DNA from: Patescibacteria group bacterium
Lineage (GTDB): Bacteria > Patescibacteriota > Patescibacteriia > SG8-24 > DYFX01
NCBI GenBank assembly: GCA_041659045.1
Contig: JBAZZB010000001.1
Span: 6,111 to 70,110 of the forward strand
DNA length: 64,000 nucleotides
Direction: 5' to 3'
Below, piece by piece: positions 62,236 to 64,000 of this stretch. A program made the position numbers and the translations under genes. The notes under the pieces are model-generated. The model was not told the DNA's origin. It ran no database searches and saw only the letters and a program-made list of their open reading frames with translations. Position 1 is the stretch's first letter. Each line of letters begins with the position of its first letter.

Positions 62236-62832
62236 ATGAATCGTCTTTCACCGACGCTGGAACGCATGCTGATTTTCACGGCTGTCTCGGCATTTTGGGT
62301 GCTGGTGTATTTTGGCGTTGGGAACGTGAATGCCGCGCGTCACGCCTGGATGCTCGAATGGGATCCGATTCGATACGTGCCGCTCTTGAGCCCCTTCGTG
62401 TTCGTGTATCTTTCTGCTTACATCATGCCGCTCGCACCCTACCTCGCTCTGCGAGATCGTGCGCGTACGCGAAGATTTGCTGCGGTGACTTTTGGGGTCA
62501 TCGCGTTCTGCGGTGTCGTTTTCCTCTTGCTTCCGTTCACGATCGAACGTCCATCGATTTTTTCTGACGCAAGTTCAGATCGATTGCTTGGCTGGTTGTA
62601 TGCAACGGATCGCCCGATCAATTTGTTTCCGAGCATGCACGTGGCGCTGGCTTATCTCTTTGCCTATGGTACAGGGCAAGAACGGCCTCGTTGGAAAAAG
62701 TTCATGATGCTTTGGGCCACGCTCATCGCTCTCTCGACGCTGTTTACGCATCAGCACTACGTGGTCGATGTCCTCGGGGGAATCATTGTTGCTATGGGCG
62801 CGTGGAGGATTTTTTTGAAAATGACAAAATAA
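62236..62832 (+). CDS. PAP2-family (type 2 phosphatidic acid phosphatase-like) membrane phosphatase
   Basis: PAP2 motifs PSMH and THQHYVVDVLGG within multi-TM protein. Confidence 0.8.
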   Translation: MNRLSPTLERMLIFTAVSAFWVLVYFGVGNVNAARHAWMLEWDPIRYVPLLSPFVFVYLSAYIMPLAPYLALRDRARTRRFAAVTFGVIAFCGVVFLLLPFTIERPSIFSDASSDRLLGWLYATDRPINLFPSMHVALAYLFAYGTGQERPRWKKFMMLWATLIALSTLFTHQHYVVDVLGGIIVAMGAWRIFLKMTK

Positions 62833-62865
62833 AAACGGGATGCTGAGCATTCCCGTGTGCTGCGT

Positions 62866-63402
62866 CTACGGCGCGAGCGCGAGCTCGTCGTAGCGCGGCT
62901 TCGGTCCCGAGGTTGTGTCGTATCCCGACCAGTTGAACTTCTCCGACTGCGCGTTGTACTCGCGCACCAGGTTGTTCCGCTGGGAGATGATGGCGAGGAG
63001 ATCATCCTTCGCCTGCTTGTAGTCCTCGCCGTACTGCATCTGCGCTGTCGGCGGCCACGTCGCGCGATCCTTGCCGTGGGTCAGCTCGTACTGCGTCGTG
63101 GTGTCCGCGACACGCTGCCGGTACAGCTTCACGTCCGCGTCCATCTTGTCGATGTAGGTCGCCTGATCGACGAACCACTCGTACTTCTTCAGGCTGGCAC
63201 GCGGACCGTGCTGCTCGCGCGCGACGTCGGCCGCTTCGCCGACCCAGCCGAGGCCGTAGGCGAGCGATCCGATCACGACGCAGAGCGCGGTGATCGGCAA
63301 GACGACGCGGGTGATGATCTTGCCGAGCGTCCAGCCGGACTCTCCGGTGACAGCCTCGACGCCCTTGCGATACTCCTTGCGTCCTTCATCCCAGTTGGTC
63401 AT
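62866..63402 (-). CDS. hypothetical single-TM protein
   Basis: ORF with N-terminal cytoplasmic segment, one TM, conserved-looking C-domain; high GC. Confidence 0.45.
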   Translation of the reverse strand: MTNWDEGRKEYRKGVEAVTGESGWTLGKIITRVVLPITALCVVIGSLAYGLGWVGEAADVAREQHGPRASLKKYEWFVDQATYIDKMDADVKLYRQRVADTTTQYELTHGKDRATWPPTAQMQYGEDYKQAKDDLLAIISQRNNLVREYNAQSEKFNWSGYDTTSGPKPRYDELALAP

Positions 63403-63429
63403 GACGATGCTCCTTCTTCTCGTTCGAGT

Positions 63430-64000
63430 TCACTGCGGGTTGCTGGTTTCTGCCGGCGAGGCGGGGGAGCGTCCTTGCATGCGAGCTTCTTGCTCGGCCT
63501 GCCAGGCTGCCGCCGCCTTGTCGGCGTTGTAGAGACCGGAGATCTTGTCCGTCGGGTTCTCGAGGTCGATCGGGTAGTCCGTCAGCAGGTAGCCGAGGCC
63601 GCCGGCCGTACCGTACTGGTGGTAGCGACCCGAGGTGTCGAACCAGTAGATGTAGGGATCCGAGCTGCCATAGGTGCCGTCGGGCTGCATCAGCTCGTCG
63701 ACGTAGTAGCCGTTGTAGGCGGGGAAGCTGCCGCCGGACTCGTGCGGATCGACCACGACCTTGGCGGGCTCGAGACGCTTGCCGGAGCTCGTGACCTTGT
63801 TGCGCACGGGCATCCGGCGGATGATCGTGCCGTCGAGGCCGATCAGGTGGATCCACATCACCTTGGTCGGGTTGGTGGTGACCTCCTGGCGGTCGTAGAT
63901 GTTCTGCTGCTCGACGGTGTGCCCCTTCCCGTTCCTGGGAACGTGGTAGGGGTCCGCCTGCTTGGCGCCGCTCGACGACACCTGGTCGTTACCGGGCTTG
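63430..64000 (-). CDS. hypothetical protein (N-terminus possibly beyond window)
   Basis: ORF reaching window end; Tyr/Gly-rich. Confidence 0.35.
   Translation of the reverse strand, partial: KPGNDQVSSSGAKQADPYHVPRNGKGHTVEQQNIYDRQEVTTNPTKVMWIHLIGLDGTIIRRMPVRNKVTSSGKRLEPAKVVVDPHESGGSFPAYNGYYVDELMQPDGTYGSSDPYIYWFDTSGRYHQYGTAGGLGYLLTDYPIDLENPTDKISGLYNADKAAAAWQAEQEARMQGRSPASPAETSNPQ

Noticed and set aside
1-64000. CRISPR arrays, integrases/transposases, rRNA genes
   Set aside because: No short regularly spaced direct repeats, no tyrosine/serine recombinase or DDE transposase motifs, and no rRNA-like sequence were seen anywhere in the window; the AT-rich island therefore lacks an obvious mobility gene.

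Overview
The window is a dense, mostly high-GC (about 60% by eye) bacterial chromosome segment with many 1-4 bp gene junctions and overlapping start/stop codons. It is dominated by housekeeping genes. There are no rRNA genes, no CRISPR array, and no integrase or transposase.

Housekeeping genes seen: recG (5' partial), radA, clpC/clpB-type AAA+ chaperone, htpX, lemA, phosphoglucomutase/phosphomannomutase, a DEAH/HrpA-like helicase, murI, rseP, pheS, pheT, an HU homologue, dnaE, thrS, miaA, gatB, tmk, thyX, dut, a dCMP deaminase, rplA, rplK, nusG and secE.

Several features suggest a Candidate Phyla Radiation/Patescibacteria-like or similarly reduced genome; this is inference, not a database result. 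They are a T4SS-pilin-like two-helix module fused to a CHAP peptidoglycan hydrolase, Thr/Pro/Gly-rich surface linkers, and small membrane-protein genes inserted into the conserved secE-nusG-rplK-rplA and pheS-pheT clusters.

Features worth follow-up, best first:
1. A sharply AT-rich island of about 2.4 kb (34.2-36.6 kb). It carries a single 759-aa ORF with an Mrr-type restriction-endonuclease N-terminal domain fused to an NB-ARC/STAND-like P-loop NTPase and a helical C-terminal region. This is Avs/antiviral-STAND-like and a candidate single-gene antiphage defence system. It lies just downstream of a tRNA-like element and an alkyltransferase-like (ATL) gene.
2. A tandem array of four paralogous small multi-TM membrane protein genes (51.3-53.5 kb). 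Two copies share a perfect 87-bp repeat covering the last about 25 codons plus an intrinsic terminator whose loop contains the stop codon.
3. A compact dTTP-synthesis operon (dCMP deaminase, P-loop kinase, dut, a tandem-fused 541-aa ThyX, tmk) containing an 80-nt imperfect inverted repeat.
4. Three paralogous acidic proteins sharing an IEDL(T/S) motif.
5. Two tandem paralogues with conserved 5' leaders and a WLFRLP C-terminus.
6. A full GGDEF(GGDEY) domain protein.
7. A candidate structured RNA.

Many long ORFs in the six-frame track are antisense artefacts of high GC and were rejected.
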